From: Babesia bigemina
Lineage: Eukaryota
DNA length: 64,000 nucleotides
Assembly (NCBI RefSeq): GCF_000981445.1
Contig: NC_027216.1
Span: forward strand, 310,001 to 374,000
Direction of reading: 5' to 3'
The translations under genes were made by a program, and so were the position numbers. Positions within the stretch are counted from its first letter, which is position 1. Every line of letters begins with the position of its first letter. Positions 10,900 to 23,471 of the stretch are shown piece by piece. Below the pieces are notes generated by a model. That model saw nothing but the letters and a program-made list of their open reading frames with translations, did no database searches and was not told the origin of the DNA.

Positions 10900-13141
10900 G
10901 TAGGGCATTTAATAGCTGGATAAGCCGCCACGTGTTGCTTCTGAGCCCGCAGCACCAGTGGGTTGGCATCTCTTCAACACTCACGAAACACTCCAAGTTT
11001 TTGAAATGCACTCGTAGCGAGCTTTGTGAATACGTCTTCATCCACTGCACTGGCGTCAAAAACAACTATGGGCTTCTCGCGAATCCAGCTCGTGACGCAA
11101 TTAGACCTGCGTTCATGCAGCTCCATACAACGAAATGTCTGCATACCCGACTCCATGTGGCAACCGACAGTTCAACAACAAAGCTGAGCACTACTCCACA
11201 TCACCTTGGGCGAACGATGTATCCATAACGCTTTGCAAATTGTGCCGTGATACACGTCACGTGAATGCGAAACGCCTTTTCACTTCAAGGCGCATTAACA
11301 AATAGTTGTATCATCACTTGACAGCTTAATATTTGGTCTTAGTAACTTTCATGAATCAACATCCTGACATTTGGTGCAGAACATGCAGTGATGGTGTTAC
11401 CGCGTATCGATGTGAAGTTTGCGTTTTTGAGCTCTGTATCGCCCGCTTGCCATCACATGTGGTATGGTGCTAAACGGCAGGTCGAGTGGGCAATAGCAGT
11501 GATGGCGAATCGGATCGACAACGGAACGGCGTGGAACCTGCACAAGTATTGGCGTGAGGCGGTAGCCCCGCAAAATCCAAAACCGGCCCTAGGCACGTAG
11601 ACACACAGCAAGCTATAATATGAGAACGCAGCAATAGTCCGCGGTTTTTGCAACAGAAAAGAATCCGCTGAAAGCAGCGCATATCTACCGCATTGACATT
11701 TAAAACATTTTAAAACAACCAAGTTAGGGTAACAGGTAGGGTCAATGATGTAGCGTGCAGCATACGGTACTGAAGGATCTATGGAGATCGACACTCCTCA
11801 GCATCTCCTGGTTGTCAATGCTCAGCGAGCTAATTTACTTGTAGCTAATGAAAGGGGCATTGTACATTGAGCAGAGTATTACCATCATGACATCACGCAA
11901 AGTCTCCGAACCATCGCCCTCATTGTGACAGCTGAAATGCCAATTACTTGCCTCGACTCGCATATGCGCTGCCAACGCTAATAACATAGAGTCCAGTAGA
12001 GAAAGGGTGCAATATGTGGTTAACAGTGACTATAGCAGGACACACATCATCATTTATTTATTATGAAGGGCATTAGCGACACTATGATATCTACGAGTAT
12101 GAACGGGTGACGTCGGGCAGAGAGGCGATTTTACGCAACATAGCCGAGTGCAGAGCACATCGGGAAACTGCAACCACCATCTACAGACCCTGGTATAACT
12201 ATAATGCCGTTCTCGATCTGCATGAGAAATATGGGTAAATCGCTGATGTGACATTACGTCGATCCTATACACCAGCGAGCGCAGCCGACAATACGTTGCG
12301 GCTTATGATCCAAACACGCCCGCACAATTTACAGAATTCGAAAACAGTAACACTTAGGTATAGTAAAGCGATTTTGGCTCCCCATATCTACCAGGGTCGC
12401 ACTGACGCTGTCGTTGCGAGCGGTACCTTTCTCACTGACGCAGCACCATATAGATGTCAACGGCATTGCAACGAACAGATTTTAAAGTTTCTACTATCGA
12501 TGAGACATTCAAGACTGAGTGGACTGATCCCCCTGGTTGACATGCTCCACCGCGGGTGAGATTGATAGGCGCACCCGATTTGCGCCTCACGAAGGCTCGA
12601 AACGCTACGTCCACTGAGTCGCTGTGTTTTTGTGAGAGAGGTAGGGAAAATTGCGTGACTGCCATCCTTGGCCTACCTTCCTTTTTCCACTGTGTTGCGG
12701 TGTGTAGACGTGTGCTGGTCGACGTCGTTTTTTGTCTAAGTCCGGATTTTGCCTACTTTGACCGCTGGGTGATAGGCTTTAGACTTTTTTTGTCACGTGG
12801 CATTTGTTGGCAGTTTAACGGATACTCCTTCTCGCAGAACTCAACGGCGTCGTCTGGTTGTGCGTTTCGCGTTCTTTGGATTCCATCGCATTTAGTTATG
12901 CACACTGCGTATTTTAAGTTTGACGCGGATTCTTTTTAACGAGACGCGTATCTGTGGCGTCTCTTGTGGAATTATCGGCCTGCAATTGGCGCTGCGACGC
13001 TGTTGCGTGCGACTTTTCTTCGACCAGGTCACCGCGGCATAATGGCAGCATCCGCGGTTCACCACATCTCCTCGTGACTGCAGATTGGGTGGTACCCAGC
13101 TATTTGCGAGCGTGTAATATTAGCATTCGCTTGGTCAAACG

Positions 13142-16100
13142 ATGGGACGTGATGTTGGCTACTCTAACCTGGACCGCGGCGGTTTCGCATCTCTCACTAC
13201 ACAGCCGTCTGCTAACGACAATATGTATGGATTCACCGGCCCCAACGATTACCTGCGCAATGAGTCCGCGAAAAACGTGGACGGTAAGGCGGATATCCGG
13301 GGCGGCGACTACCGTCCTGGCATTGGGCTCACCTATGGCTCCACGCTCAACTACGTAAGTGGCGGCGAAACAGTCAAGAACGGGAGCGCTGCCTTCGACC
13401 CTTATCGTAAGGCAAGTATCTGGGAAGACTGCGCAACCTTCTCCCGCGAGGCGTCGAGCGACGTGCTGGGCCGTAATGAGCTGCAGAAGTTTGAGCACAA
13501 TCCGTACCGCAGTCGTTACCTGAACACCCCGGAGTGCGAGGGCCTGGTAACCAAGCACTGCCAGCGCCTGCTGCACTCCTATTACGGTCGTGCTGACGCG
13601 CTAAGCACTTCTGCTGTTTCTGGTGCGTCTAAGAGCTTGACTTTCGACGATGTCTGCGAATCAGCCCTCACGTCCAGCGACCACCTGACCTCCATCGCAA
13701 CTTTGTCCATTTTGGCTAGGTACCATAGGATTGGTTACTTGCTCCCTCAGGTAGGCGACCCCGGGAGCTGCGCCGCCAATATTTATGCGCATGTTCTTAA
13801 CGTGCTACGGGTCATTTACGCAGCTTCTGCAGGCGGCGTGGAGGCGGGAGGTAGGAATAATGTGGACACTGCGCGGCGTTTTTTTTCACTTTTGGGAAGG
13901 GGTATCTGGCAAACTGCGTCCGACGCGTCGGACGCATTCGCATCGCTCGACCGCCGGTTGGCGCAGCGTATATCGCTGCTCTATGTGCTGTGCCTCCATT
14001 TGCTAGACGTGCTCCTCTCGAGCGACTGCGACTGCGTGGAAGAGCTCCTTGCGGCTGATGGCGACGTCTACGACACCCTGGGCTGCGTGGGATGCTGTTT
14101 CGTGGAGCAGGCTGTGCGCCATGGGGACCGCACGGGTCTGTCTGGGAACGACCTGCCGGAAGACCGGATGGTTCCGAATCTCGGCGACCGTGGAGCTATT
14201 TTTTCCAAACACTGGAGTGTGCTTAACGGCCTGTTGTCGCGAGGCGTGAAGTTTTCCAACAGCGAACTTTTGGTGAAGGGGGTGAAGGCGCTGTGCAACG
14301 TGCTCGAGAGTTCTAACACAGGCAGGTCACTTTTGCTGTGGGCTTACTGCGTCTATGTCCGCTTGTGCCCCGCCGAGCTGTCTCAGAACAACCACTCGAT
14401 TCCCCGGATTCTTTTCGAGTACATGACTAAATGTAGAAGCGTCCTGCAACTACAGGCGATCACCGGCGCGCTGTCGCTCTGTATGCGGGACCCCGGCTTC
14501 GTGCGATACGCGGATGAGCGCATGAATCCGCAGAAGACTTTTGCTATTTTTGTGTTGCACTCTTGCAACTTGATCCACAACAAGATGGACGACTTGGCGG
14601 TACCGATTTTGCAGATGCTGCACCAGCTTTTCGACGTTTGCCCCAAGACCCTCCCTGACGTTGCGAACACGATGTCCGGCACCACGTCGCTCATTGAGCG
14701 GTATTCCGACACCGTAGGTAACGCGGTGGAGACGTTCCTCAATGTGGCTACTCTCAGCCTGGGCCCCATCCAGGTGATAATGGCTCTGATAATGCGACGG
14801 ATACTGCTACGTTGCGACGTGACCAAATCGCTCAGCGCTGACCTGCGCTCGAAGTTCGTGAAGCACCTGATCGCCGTGGTAGGTTTTCGTAAAACTGCCG
14901 GGGCTGCCGTTGGCGACGCCGTAGGGCTCGTGAGCAAGGTGGCTCTATTGGACGCGTTTGTGCAGTCGGGCGGCCTGCCCGAACTGATGTCCGCCATGAA
15001 GGACGTGAACGCGAAGCAGTTGCGTCTATTGGCGTTGCATTCGAGCAGCGTGTCGTGTGACTCGCTGCACAAGATGCTGTGCGTCGGCGACATCGCGACC
15101 AAGTTGGTGGCGTATGACGCTCTCGCGGGCTACCGCGCCGATGGCATGGACGCGGGAACGTTGGTGCTGTGCGCTCTGTGCAGCGTGGTGAAGATGTGCC
15201 CCGATGTGTCCTGTCTGTTGCGCGAGTACGCGTCGACGTATGCTGGCATGAGCGAGTACCACGGAACCGGGAGCCTGGCTAGTGAGGGCAAGTTTTTGAG
15301 GGCTCTGTCCGGGGACGCCAATATGGCCGACCCGACGCGCAGCATGAGGGTAGCGGGTCTGCTGTGCGTGCACTCTATCGTTGCGTCGGTGTACATGTCC
15401 AGCGAGTCGTGCAAGCAGACCCTCATCCACGCGCTGCTGTGCCCTGAAGGGTCCACCCGTCAACAGCACCAAGAGCTGGTGGAGAAGTACAAAGCGCAAC
15501 TGGCGTCTCATCGCAGGGAGGTTCAGAGGAGCCATGCCCGTCTCGACGCGCAGGCGCGCGAGCTGCAGCAGCAGAAGGACTCCGCCACTAAACAGCTGGA
15601 GCAGCTCCGTGAAGAGTACGCCGGTAAAGTGGAGCGTTCACGCGCCGAGCTCGCTACAGCTCAGAGCCAGCTAAGTGCAGCGTCGTCGCAGTCTCAGCAG
15701 CTAGATCGTGAGTGCGTGCGGCTTCGTGCGCAGGTCAGCGATTTGGACCAGGCGCTCCGCAAGATATCCTCCGAGCATGCGCAGGCAAACGAGCAGCTGC
15801 GGGAGGCGACAACCCACCGCGAACGGCTGAAGAACGAGGTATCAGGGCTACAGGGGCAGCTGGAGCAGCGCGATAGGACGATTGAGCAGCTGCGCGCTGT
15901 GGAGGCTGACAACGGTCGTTTGAACGAGGAGGTTGGCGAGCTCAACGCCCAGGTCGAGCGCGTGTATCGCATGCTTATATCACTAATGTCCAAGCATCGT
16001 CAGGTCGAGGTCGATCTGGCTCGGAGCAAGGAGGATGCTGCGCAAAACAGCCGTCAGCTGCATGAGAGGCAGCTGCAGGTCGAGGAGCTCTCGAATCGCT

Positions 16101-16396
16101 GCCGCAGCCATGAAAACACCATAAACGCACTGAGGGCGGCCAAGGAAGGTACTGAGGGAGAGGTGCACCGGCTCGGTCGCGAGCTGCATGCGCTAGAGGG
16201 CCGCTTGGGGAAGTCGACTGAGGAGCTGAGCGCGCTGCAAGGCCGCTACGCCCAGACGTCGCAGGCCCTGCAGTCATGCGAGGAGCAGAATCGGCGCCTC
16301 GCCGAGCAGTTGGACCGCTGCGAGTTGCAGCTTCGCCAGCGCGGCGAGCAGCTGTCGACCATCTACTCGACGTTCCAGGACAAGAAGCCCTACTAG
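13142..16396 (+). CDS. 1084-aa protein with helical (ARM-like) central region and long C-terminal coiled coil
   Basis: Long GC-rich ORF; Q/E/L/R heptad-rich final ~310 aa; specific family not recognised. Confidence 0.8.
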   Translation: MGRDVGYSNLDRGGFASLTTQPSANDNMYGFTGPNDYLRNESAKNVDGKADIRGGDYRPGIGLTYGSTLNYVSGGETVKNGSAAFDPYRKASIWEDCATFSREASSDVLGRNELQKFEHNPYRSRYLNTPECEGLVTKHCQRLLHSYYGRADALSTSAVSGASKSLTFDDVCESALTSSDHLTSIATLSILARYHRIGYLLPQVGDPGSCAANIYAHVLNVLRVIYAASAGGVEAGGRNNVDTARRFFSLLGRGIWQTASDASDAFASLDRRLAQRISLLYVLCLHLLDVLLSSDCDCVEELLAADGDVYDTLGCVGCCFVEQAVRHGDRTGLSGNDLPEDRMVPNLGDRGAIFSKHWSVLNGLLSRGVKFSNSELLVKGVKALCNVLESSNTGRSLLLWAYCVYVRLCPAELSQNNHSIPRILFEYMTKCRSVLQLQAITGALSLCMRDPGFVRYADERMNPQKTFAIFVLHSCNLIHNKMDDLAVPILQMLHQLFDVCPKTLPDVANTMSGTTSLIERYSDTVGNAVETFLNVATLSLGPIQVIMALIMRRILLRCDVTKSLSADLRSKFVKHLIAVVGFRKTAGAAVGDAVGLVSKVALLDAFVQSGGLPELMSAMKDVNAKQLRLLALHSSSVSCDSLHKMLCVGDIATKLVAYDALAGYRADGMDAGTLVLCALCSVVKMCPDVSCLLREYASTYAGMSEYHGTGSLASEGKFLRALSGDANMADPTRSMRVAGLLCVHSIVASVYMSSESCKQTLIHALLCPEGSTRQQHQELVEKYKAQLASHRREVQRSHARLDAQARELQQQKDSATKQLEQLREEYAGKVERSRAELATAQSQLSAASSQSQQLDRECVRLRAQVSDLDQALRKISSEHAQANEQLREATTHRERLKNEVSGLQGQLEQRDRTIEQLRAVEADNGRLNEEVGELNAQVERVYRMLISLMSKHRQVEVDLARSKEDAAQNSRQLHERQLQVEELSNRCRSHENTINALRAAKEGTEGEVHRLGRELHALEGRLGKSTEELSALQGRYAQTSQALQSCEEQNRRLAEQLDRCELQLRQRGEQLSTIYSTFQDKKPY

Positions 16397-16509
16397 TGTA
16401 CACTATTGAACGTTAATGTGGTTTTTGTGTGCAGCAATTGCATCTAGTTTGCGATATTGTCGCGTTTCATCCGTTCCCATGGTTCTTACGAAGGTGTCGT
16501 CGGCCTTTT

Positions 16510-17370
16510 TTAAAAAGCGAACCGCGGGCAGCACATCGCGAACCACCTCCAATTCTCCGCCTGTTCTTCTCGCGCGTCTCCACGCTGCAGCAGCGTCTGC
16601 GTGCCGCTTGGACTCGTCCGCGCGTTGTAATCCCGCTCCATTTTGTGGCAGCGCGCCCGCAACGCCTCGCAATCACGCCTCAGATCTGCCGCTTGCTGCC
16701 GCTCGGTCTCTAGGCGCAGTAGTGACTCGTTAATCTCGTACAGCGATGACTGCAGGCTGTCTCGCTCGGCTGCCACCGCCTCTAACTGAGCCCGCGTTTC
16801 CGCTAATGCCCGCTTGAGGCCGTTTCCATCGTTGTTGGCCGCGTCGAGGTCTGACCTCAGTCGTCTCACTCGCGCATACAGGTTCTGCAGGCTGTCCTGG
16901 CCTCGCGCCACAAGGTTTGCGATAGGTTGAGTTTGATCCAGTTTCTTGTCGGCGTCGCTTTCGTGCACGTCGTTGTTTTCACTCGTGTTGCCCTCCTGGA
17001 AAAGCGCCGACTCCGGCGCGAATGCGTTGCAGAACTCCACTAGAAAACCTCGGAACTTCTCCATGGCCACGAGCTGACGCTTCAGCTCGAGTTTCAGGCC
17101 GCGATTTATCTCCTCGGTGCGATCCAGGTCCTCTTGCACGGAGATGGAGTGGCTGGTTGCTTCCGTCAGAACGCAGTCGACACATAGTCCCGGGGAATCC
17201 GCTTGACCGTTAGGCTTATTCGCATTCCTTGGGCTGACGCCACGCGGCGAAACGTAGTTAGTGTCGACACAATTGACGCAACAGCTGCGTTTGCACTGTC
17301 TGCATATCTTCGGCCTGCTCATAAGGGTGAACGCGTTCCCGCAGACTCCACATGCCTTCAGGTCCCTCAT
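16510..17370 (-). CDS. FYVE-like zinc-finger plus coiled-coil protein
   Basis: CGVC...F.LMSRPKICRQCKRSCCVNC...CVDC zinc-ligand pattern followed by coiled coil; an extra 5' exon is possible. Confidence 0.75.
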   Translation of the reverse strand: MRDLKACGVCGNAFTLMSRPKICRQCKRSCCVNCVDTNYVSPRGVSPRNANKPNGQADSPGLCVDCVLTEATSHSISVQEDLDRTEEINRGLKLELKRQLVAMEKFRGFLVEFCNAFAPESALFQEGNTSENNDVHESDADKKLDQTQPIANLVARGQDSLQNLYARVRRLRSDLDAANNDGNGLKRALAETRAQLEAVAAERDSLQSSLYEINESLLRLETERQQAADLRRDCEALRARCHKMERDYNARTSPSGTQTLLQRGDAREEQAENWRWFAMCCPRFAF

Positions 17371-17852
17371 CCTGTCAGCCTAATAAGCGACATACGCACA
17401 CACCAGTCGTTTTGCTTGCACACAGCGTGTTACCGCCACGGGAAATACACAGCAGTGGCGTATTGGCGACGGAGCTATACTGCATCGCCGGCGGTCCGGC
17501 TAGGCAGCGGCGCCGTCGCCCGGAATTGCACGCCGAATCACGGCCCGCTCAGCCACGTAAATTCACTATATCCCAATGCGGTCCGTCAGGCCCGCTGCGG
17601 GCTTGTCTGCCCTTGCGCTTCCTGGCGACGAGCTGCCGCGGATGATGCGCTATGGAGGTGTTAACGATAACTGCAATCGCGGAGCATTTATAAATACTTG
17701 ACGGACAATTTTATAGATGAGTGAAATGTTAATAATAACCCATTAAGCGCATGTTTAGTTAAACTTTGCGCTACCTTTTTGGTGTTACACATCACCGTTG
17801 GTGGCCGCGTGAGAGAGTGTGTTCTCGTTCGGGCCAATTTCCCGCTAGCAAC

Positions 17853-18830
17853 ATGGCGTCGAACAGTGAAGTTCGCACATCTCAGCTGCTGGACATGGCA
17901 CTGGGTATGTTTGGTCATGTCCCGTTTAACGGCTGCAGATGATGTCGACAAGGTGCTGCGCCGGGGCAAGGGCACGCATAAGGGAGGTCGGACCGCCAGT
18001 CGCTACCCTGAGGCGCATAACGACTACCAGCCAGCTAGAAACATGCCGCGTAACGTCAGGGGCGGACACCGCGAGCCAATGCAGTCATATGGCTTTTCGA
18101 AGAACAGCTGCCATGAGCAGACGCCTTCGTACGGAGACCATCGTGGGAACTTTCACGGGCAAATGCAGCCGTACGGCGACGCAAGGAATGACCTGCGTGG
18201 GCAGTCACAACCGTTTGGCGACACCAGGAACCACTTCCAGGGACAAATGCAGTCCTATGGCGACGGAAGGAACGATTTCCGTGAACACAGGAGCGACAAC
18301 CGTGAGCACAGGGGCGGTGGCTACTACCCGAGGCAGCAGTACAGTGGCCCGGATGCACCGCGCCGGGAGAGATTTTACCCTCAAAACTACGGCGCTCGTC
18401 CGCTTCACGTCACTCCGTATGGGCCTTCGTCGAATGAACCTCGACCACCCAAGTTTATTGTCCGCGTGACCAACCTGGATCACAACGTCTCCCATGAGCA
18501 ACTGACGGTTTGTTAAAATCGACCAGTTTTAACGTCCGCAGAGGCTATTCGCTTCCGTGGGAGAAGTGGACAAGGTCTGGATCGACTATGACCGCACCGC
18601 GAGATCTAGGGTGAGCGAGTCCTTCTTTGATCTTCATCTCTTTTCAGGGCACAGGAGGCTGTGTTTTCAAATCCATGAGCGACGCCAAGTTTGCCATTTC
18701 AAAGTATGATGGCATAGACCTATCCGGGCGACCGATATCGGTGTATGGCGAGTACCAGGATATTCCCAGGCAACGCCCACGACCACAGAATGTCAATCGC
18801 AACACCAACAACGTGAAGTCACCGTGGTAA
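17853..18830 (+). CDS. ALY/REF (Yra1/THOC4)-like mRNA export adaptor with RRM, multi-exon
   Basis: Spliced N-terminus MASNSEVRTSQLLDMALDDVD resembles the REF-N motif; RG-rich region; RRM (IVRVTNLDHNVS...DYDRTARS.GTG...AISKYDGIDLSGRPI). Confidence 0.8.
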
Positions 18831-19162
18831 TCGTGGCCATGACAATCGCCCCCTAATTTCGATCTCATTTCAATCTGTGGCCACGGGCGCTTCAAAGGCA
18901 CGTTTGTTCCGGTTGGTACATGGCCAACCGTGTTTGAACCAATCTTTAATAGTTTTGTCATATGTGGAACCGTTGCGTACGTTTTACTGGAACTACTCAG
19001 TCGTGCTTAACTTTCTTTTGCCGTTGCTGCTTCGCACCTGTCTGCCGCCGCTGGCCCCGCTGGTGTGTTCACCATTGGCAAAACCCTTAGTGTTACAAAG
19101 TTTTATCGTTGCGATTTATATGCTACAACCTATTTTTATGTCCTTCATGCGTAAGATGGCCT

Positions 19163-19933
19163 TCACTTCCCCTGCGTAGCGGCTTTCCAGGTGGCCGCTC
19201 CCTGGGCCATACGCTCCTTCAGCTTTGGGTTCATGGCATAATGGCTGTAGTTCTTCATGAGTTCGTCCATCTTCTTGTCCACGAAGTCCAGCGCGCCGTC
19301 GATGCGCTTCTCGTATTGTATGAGGAAGGGGAATACGAAGAAGTTGAAAACCAATTCGGCGCCCTGCGCTAGGTGTGAGTTGCTTTATTACTCAGCGCCT
19401 ACCCTGAGTTTGGGATGGAACATCATCACCACGAAGCACAGCTTGAACAGGTCCTGGAAAGGCACCCAGAAGAAGACGGCGTATAGCATGTACTTGAACA
19501 CGAAGGCGAGCGAGTAAACCACCCAGTACTTCGCCCAGAACATGAGCTGCTCCTGAGGCGTGCTGCCGTCAATTCCAATGGCTCCGTTAAGCTCCTGTGT
19601 TGCAGCGCGCCTGATGGCTGGGCAGCCGTCGAAAAGCTTGATGACCTTGTAGGTCTTGTATCCGGGGTAGAGAAGCCCGGCCGCGTCGCAGATAATCGTC
19701 GTGCCCTTGCCGCAGGCGAAAATGATTAGAAGGGCCACGATGGATATAATAAGGATGATGCCCGGAGACAGCTTCACGACACGTGAGATGGAGGTCATCA
19801 GCGGGAACGCCTCCGCCTGGTAGTCGAAGTAACGCGTAAGCTTTATCCAGTCGACAGCGCCATCCTGGAAACAATCCCAGAACTTCGGTGCCTCTCTAGG
19901 TGAAGACAGGTTGTTTTCCACCTCGTTTTCCAT
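19163..19933 (-). CDS. REEP/DP1/Yop1 (HVA22/TB2) family membrane protein, two exons
   Basis: GLLYPGYKTYK, FWAKYWVVYS, FFWVPF..LFK, HPK..GA..VFNFFVFPFL motifs; one short intron near 19370-19400. Confidence 0.85.
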
Positions 19934-21129
19934 GGTTGCTACCTCTGTATATATGTACAAGAAAAGGATACTGCTTGAGCGCAATCAACCGTTTGAGGGC
20001 TAATCGTCGGGTATTTACGTAAAGTAATGTTTGATTTCTGCGTGATGTTCGTCAAGTGATTTGCAGTGATGCTGTTGTATTCTCTAATCACCCGAGACGC
20101 GCTGCGGCGTGGGACACACTGAATCCCGATACGGCGTAGTTGTCCACAACGTTTTATTCCAATTTCCTATTGTGCTGATTATGTAATGAATGTCGTCACG
20201 GAACGGTGTTACGGGATAACGTAAAACACGTCGTCCGTCGTTGACGTTTGGTACCTAAATACAGGCCTTTCGTCGTGTGTTTTTCTCCACGGCGCATTAG
20301 CAACAGTTACACTAGCTTCTACGTCGCAGCGTAATCGTGTTTCGCTGTGCCGCGGTAGTTGCCAACCAGGCGTAGGTGAGAAACGTGGCAGCATGGCGCC
20401 GCGCGTCTAGCACTCCTCGACCTAACCAAACTTCGCCGTAAAGCTACTGTGTCACACCCGCTAGTACCGTCGCACCACGGATGGGAAGCGACACGATGGG
20501 CTAAGAAAATTGCGTTTATATTGGTAACCACCCACGCTTTTGCGAGAAGCACTAGGCCGACGGTGACACCAACGCGGCACACATTTCTCTAACTAACAGT
20601 TTGCCAGCTCTATTTTCGGATGTATTGCGCTTTACGATGTGTCACCCTGGCTGCGTTTTAATCTCTTAAGTTCCGGGCCCTTCGGCATACTGCTACCGTG
20701 CACGCGGCACTGCCCAGCTGTCTGCCTATGTGTGAGATAAAGGCATACACCAGCGACCCAACGAGATCACACAAACCGTCAGTTTTGTTCTATTGCGCCG
20801 TTAACGCTTACACTACGGGGTTTTAGTCGACTAAACGGTCATCCCCACTGGCGCTGCGGAAGGCTCAGGCCACCTCCCCACGGCGGAACGGCACCCGAAC
20901 ATAGGCGCTCCCACCGCTTGTTACAGATAACCATCGCCCGGATTGCACCCAATATTTATGCATAGGGTCACTGCTGCCGATTTACTAGGCATATAGACGC
21001 TAATAGGGTTCAGCACATTCCAGTTTGACGCAAGGTGAGTCCCTGTGCCCATCGTTTGGCGATTGTAGTCGGTTTGTCGCTCCTTATTTTTATTTTACAG
21101 TTGTTTCCACGCATATTATAAAATTTCAG

Positions 21130-21522
21130 ATGGTTCGCATGAGCGTTTTGGCGGACTGCCTCAAGACCATTGTCAACGCCGAGAAGCGCGGAAGGAGGCA
21201 CGTTCTTATCCGCCCCTCGAGCCGTGTCATCGTGAAGTTCCTGCTGTGTATGCAGAAGCACGGATACATCGGCGAGTTCCACATCGCTGATGACCATCGC
21301 AGTGGCAAGATTGTGATTGAGCTCTTGGGCCGCATCAACAAGTGTGCCGTTGTATCGCCACGCTACGACATTGCCCTTGACGACATTGAGCAGTGGAGCT
21401 CCAACATCTTGCCGAGTAGGCAGTTCGGTCACCTCGTGCTCACCACCGCTTACGGTATCATGGACCACGAGGAGGCCAGGCGCAAGCACACCGGTGGCAA
21501 GATCCTCGGTTTCTTCTTCTGA
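21130..21522 (+). CDS. RPS15A: 40S ribosomal protein S15a (uS8)
   Basis: [21 protein letters not shown]...[22 protein letters not shown], 130 aa; probable 5'-UTR intron 21034-21100. Confidence 0.98.
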   Translation: MVRMSVLADCLKTIVNAEKRGRRHVLIRPSSRVIVKFLLCMQKHGYIGEFHIADDHRSGKIVIELLGRINKCAVVSPRYDIALDDIEQWSSNILPSRQFGHLVLTTAYGIMDHEEARRKHTGGKILGFFF

Positions 21523-22709
21523 AACATTGTTTCTAATTCGTTTATAAAACACTACATGTGTCGTGTTGTGTAGGCGGTTTGTCTCTTCTCGATCTTGAAC
21601 GCTTTTTACTTGAGTTGGTTACATATTTGTGTCAGGGGGATATGGACATCAGAGTGGCAATATTAGGCAGAGTCCCCATCAAAACGATTCATCCGCTGTA
21701 CTAGAATGGGTTTCAAATAGAGTTTAGGTGAGGCGTGTATCAAGTTTGCCATTACGTGATGGAGACGCGTTGCTTAAACGGAGTTTGTTATTTGGCCATC
21801 GCACTACATGATCACCGGCACCAATGGTACAATGCTGAGGGCTATATGAGTCCTGCAACTTATTCGAATGAAAGCTTGGAGGCGTTTACAGAATAATGTA
21901 ACGCATTTTACAGGACGTTAACAGCGTGGAGACGCAGAAACATGAAATCATGATGGAACTGTTACGGTGTAGTTCAAACTAGTGCGTGCGATCTCTGGCT
22001 ACTTTTGGCATTAAGGCATATTTGTAGACGCTAGAAAGATAACCTTAACGTGCAATCGCTGATACGGGTTGCAAGATTCATGTTTTCCTGCTGGCTATCC
22101 GATTCGCCATCACTGCTATTGCCCACTCGACCTGCCGTTTAGCACCATACCACTTGTGATGGCAAGCGGGCGATACAGAGCTCAAAAACGCAAACTTCAC
22201 ATCGATACGCGGTAACACCATCACTGCATGTTCTGCACCAAATGTCAGGATGTTGATTCATGAAAGTTAATAAGACCAAATATTAAGCTGTCAAGTCATA
22301 CTAGGTCTAAGCATCAAGATGCTGTGCACCTAACGGGGCCGTGTATTTTCGCAACTGCTATGCTAACAAGCTACGCCAAGCGTTATTGATATCTCGTTCG
22401 CCCAAGGGGTTGTGGAGGAGTGCTCAGCGTGGTTGTTGAACTGTCGGCTGCCACATGGAGTCGGGTATGCAGACATTTAGTTGTATGGAGCTGCATGAAC
22501 TCAGGTCAAATTGCGTCACTAGCTCGATTCGCGAGACGCCCATAGTTGTTTTTGACGCCAGTGCAGTGGACGAAGACCGTATCCACAAAGCTTGCTAAAA
22601 CTGCATTTCAAAAACTTGGAGTGTTTCGTGAGTGGTGAAGAGATGCCAACCCACTGGTGCTGCGGGCTCAGAATCAACGCGTGGCGGCTTATCCAGCTAT
22701 TGTACTTTT

Positions 22710-23471
22710 TTATGATTTGAAAACCCAGAAGCCAGACATGTCGCAAATAAAGTCAGTAGTATCTGCATCAAAACCGCTCAAAGCACGTCCGACATACGAA
22801 GCCGTCATGCCAGCGCGGCATTCTGGCTCTACGTAACCCAATGCTTGTATCAACTCCTGCATACGCTTAGACGCAATAAACGGCGACGATTTCAATTTCC
22901 CAGATAAAGAAGCTGATCTCAAAGATAATAAGCCTGCAACTAACATAGGCGCAATACCCACGAAGACAGCTGCGCAATCTTCCGGCTTTTGGGTACATGA
23001 TTTACTACACGTAGCCTCTGGACTGTAAGCAGACTCGTACTCGCCTGGGCTTTTAATATCATCCAAGAATATCTCAGTGCCATATACAACATCGTCAAGG
23101 TTCTCCACAATGGATCCAGCAGTGATACCCTTGCCCTTTAAGACGTTCTCATCGGATTCGTCAACAACCCGAAAGTACTTAGCTAACCCTCCAGGTGATT
23201 TATTAATAAGGTCGTTGTACCGCTTAACCAGCCCTCCTACGAACCACTGGTTCCTAAGCTCCGGTTGATCCAGGAACTTTTTAGTAACATGTTTAACTTC
23301 TTCGAGGGCCGGCATCTCCATCTTGTCAACAGTTTTGTCTGCCAGGGAACTGAAGAGTGCGGCACCCAATGCTGCTACGTTGCTTTTAGCACCATCTCCC
23401 CTCACGGCCATCAACCAGTCAATGGCCTCCTTGAAGTTGCGAGGGACATTGGTCAACGAAGTGTATACCAT
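22710..23471 (-). CDS. Short 253-aa VESA-like family protein (cassette 1, intact)
   Basis: MVYTSLTNVPRNFKEAIDWL...CDMSGFWVFKS. Confidence 0.85.
   Translation of the reverse strand: MVYTSLTNVPRNFKEAIDWLMAVRGDGAKSNVAALGAALFSSLADKTVDKMEMPALEEVKHVTKKFLDQPELRNQWFVGGLVKRYNDLINKSPGGLAKYFRVVDESDENVLKGKGITAGSIVENLDDVVYGTEIFLDDIKSPGEYESAYSPEATCSKSCTQKPEDCAAVFVGIAPMLVAGLLSLRSASLSGKLKSSPFIASKRMQELIQALGYVEPECRAGMTASYVGRALSGFDADTTDFICDMSGFWVFKS

Noticed and set aside
13100..16733. Numerous shadow ORFs overlapping the 1084-aa gene and other GC-rich genes
   Set aside because: Expected by-product of GC-rich codon usage; no independent motifs
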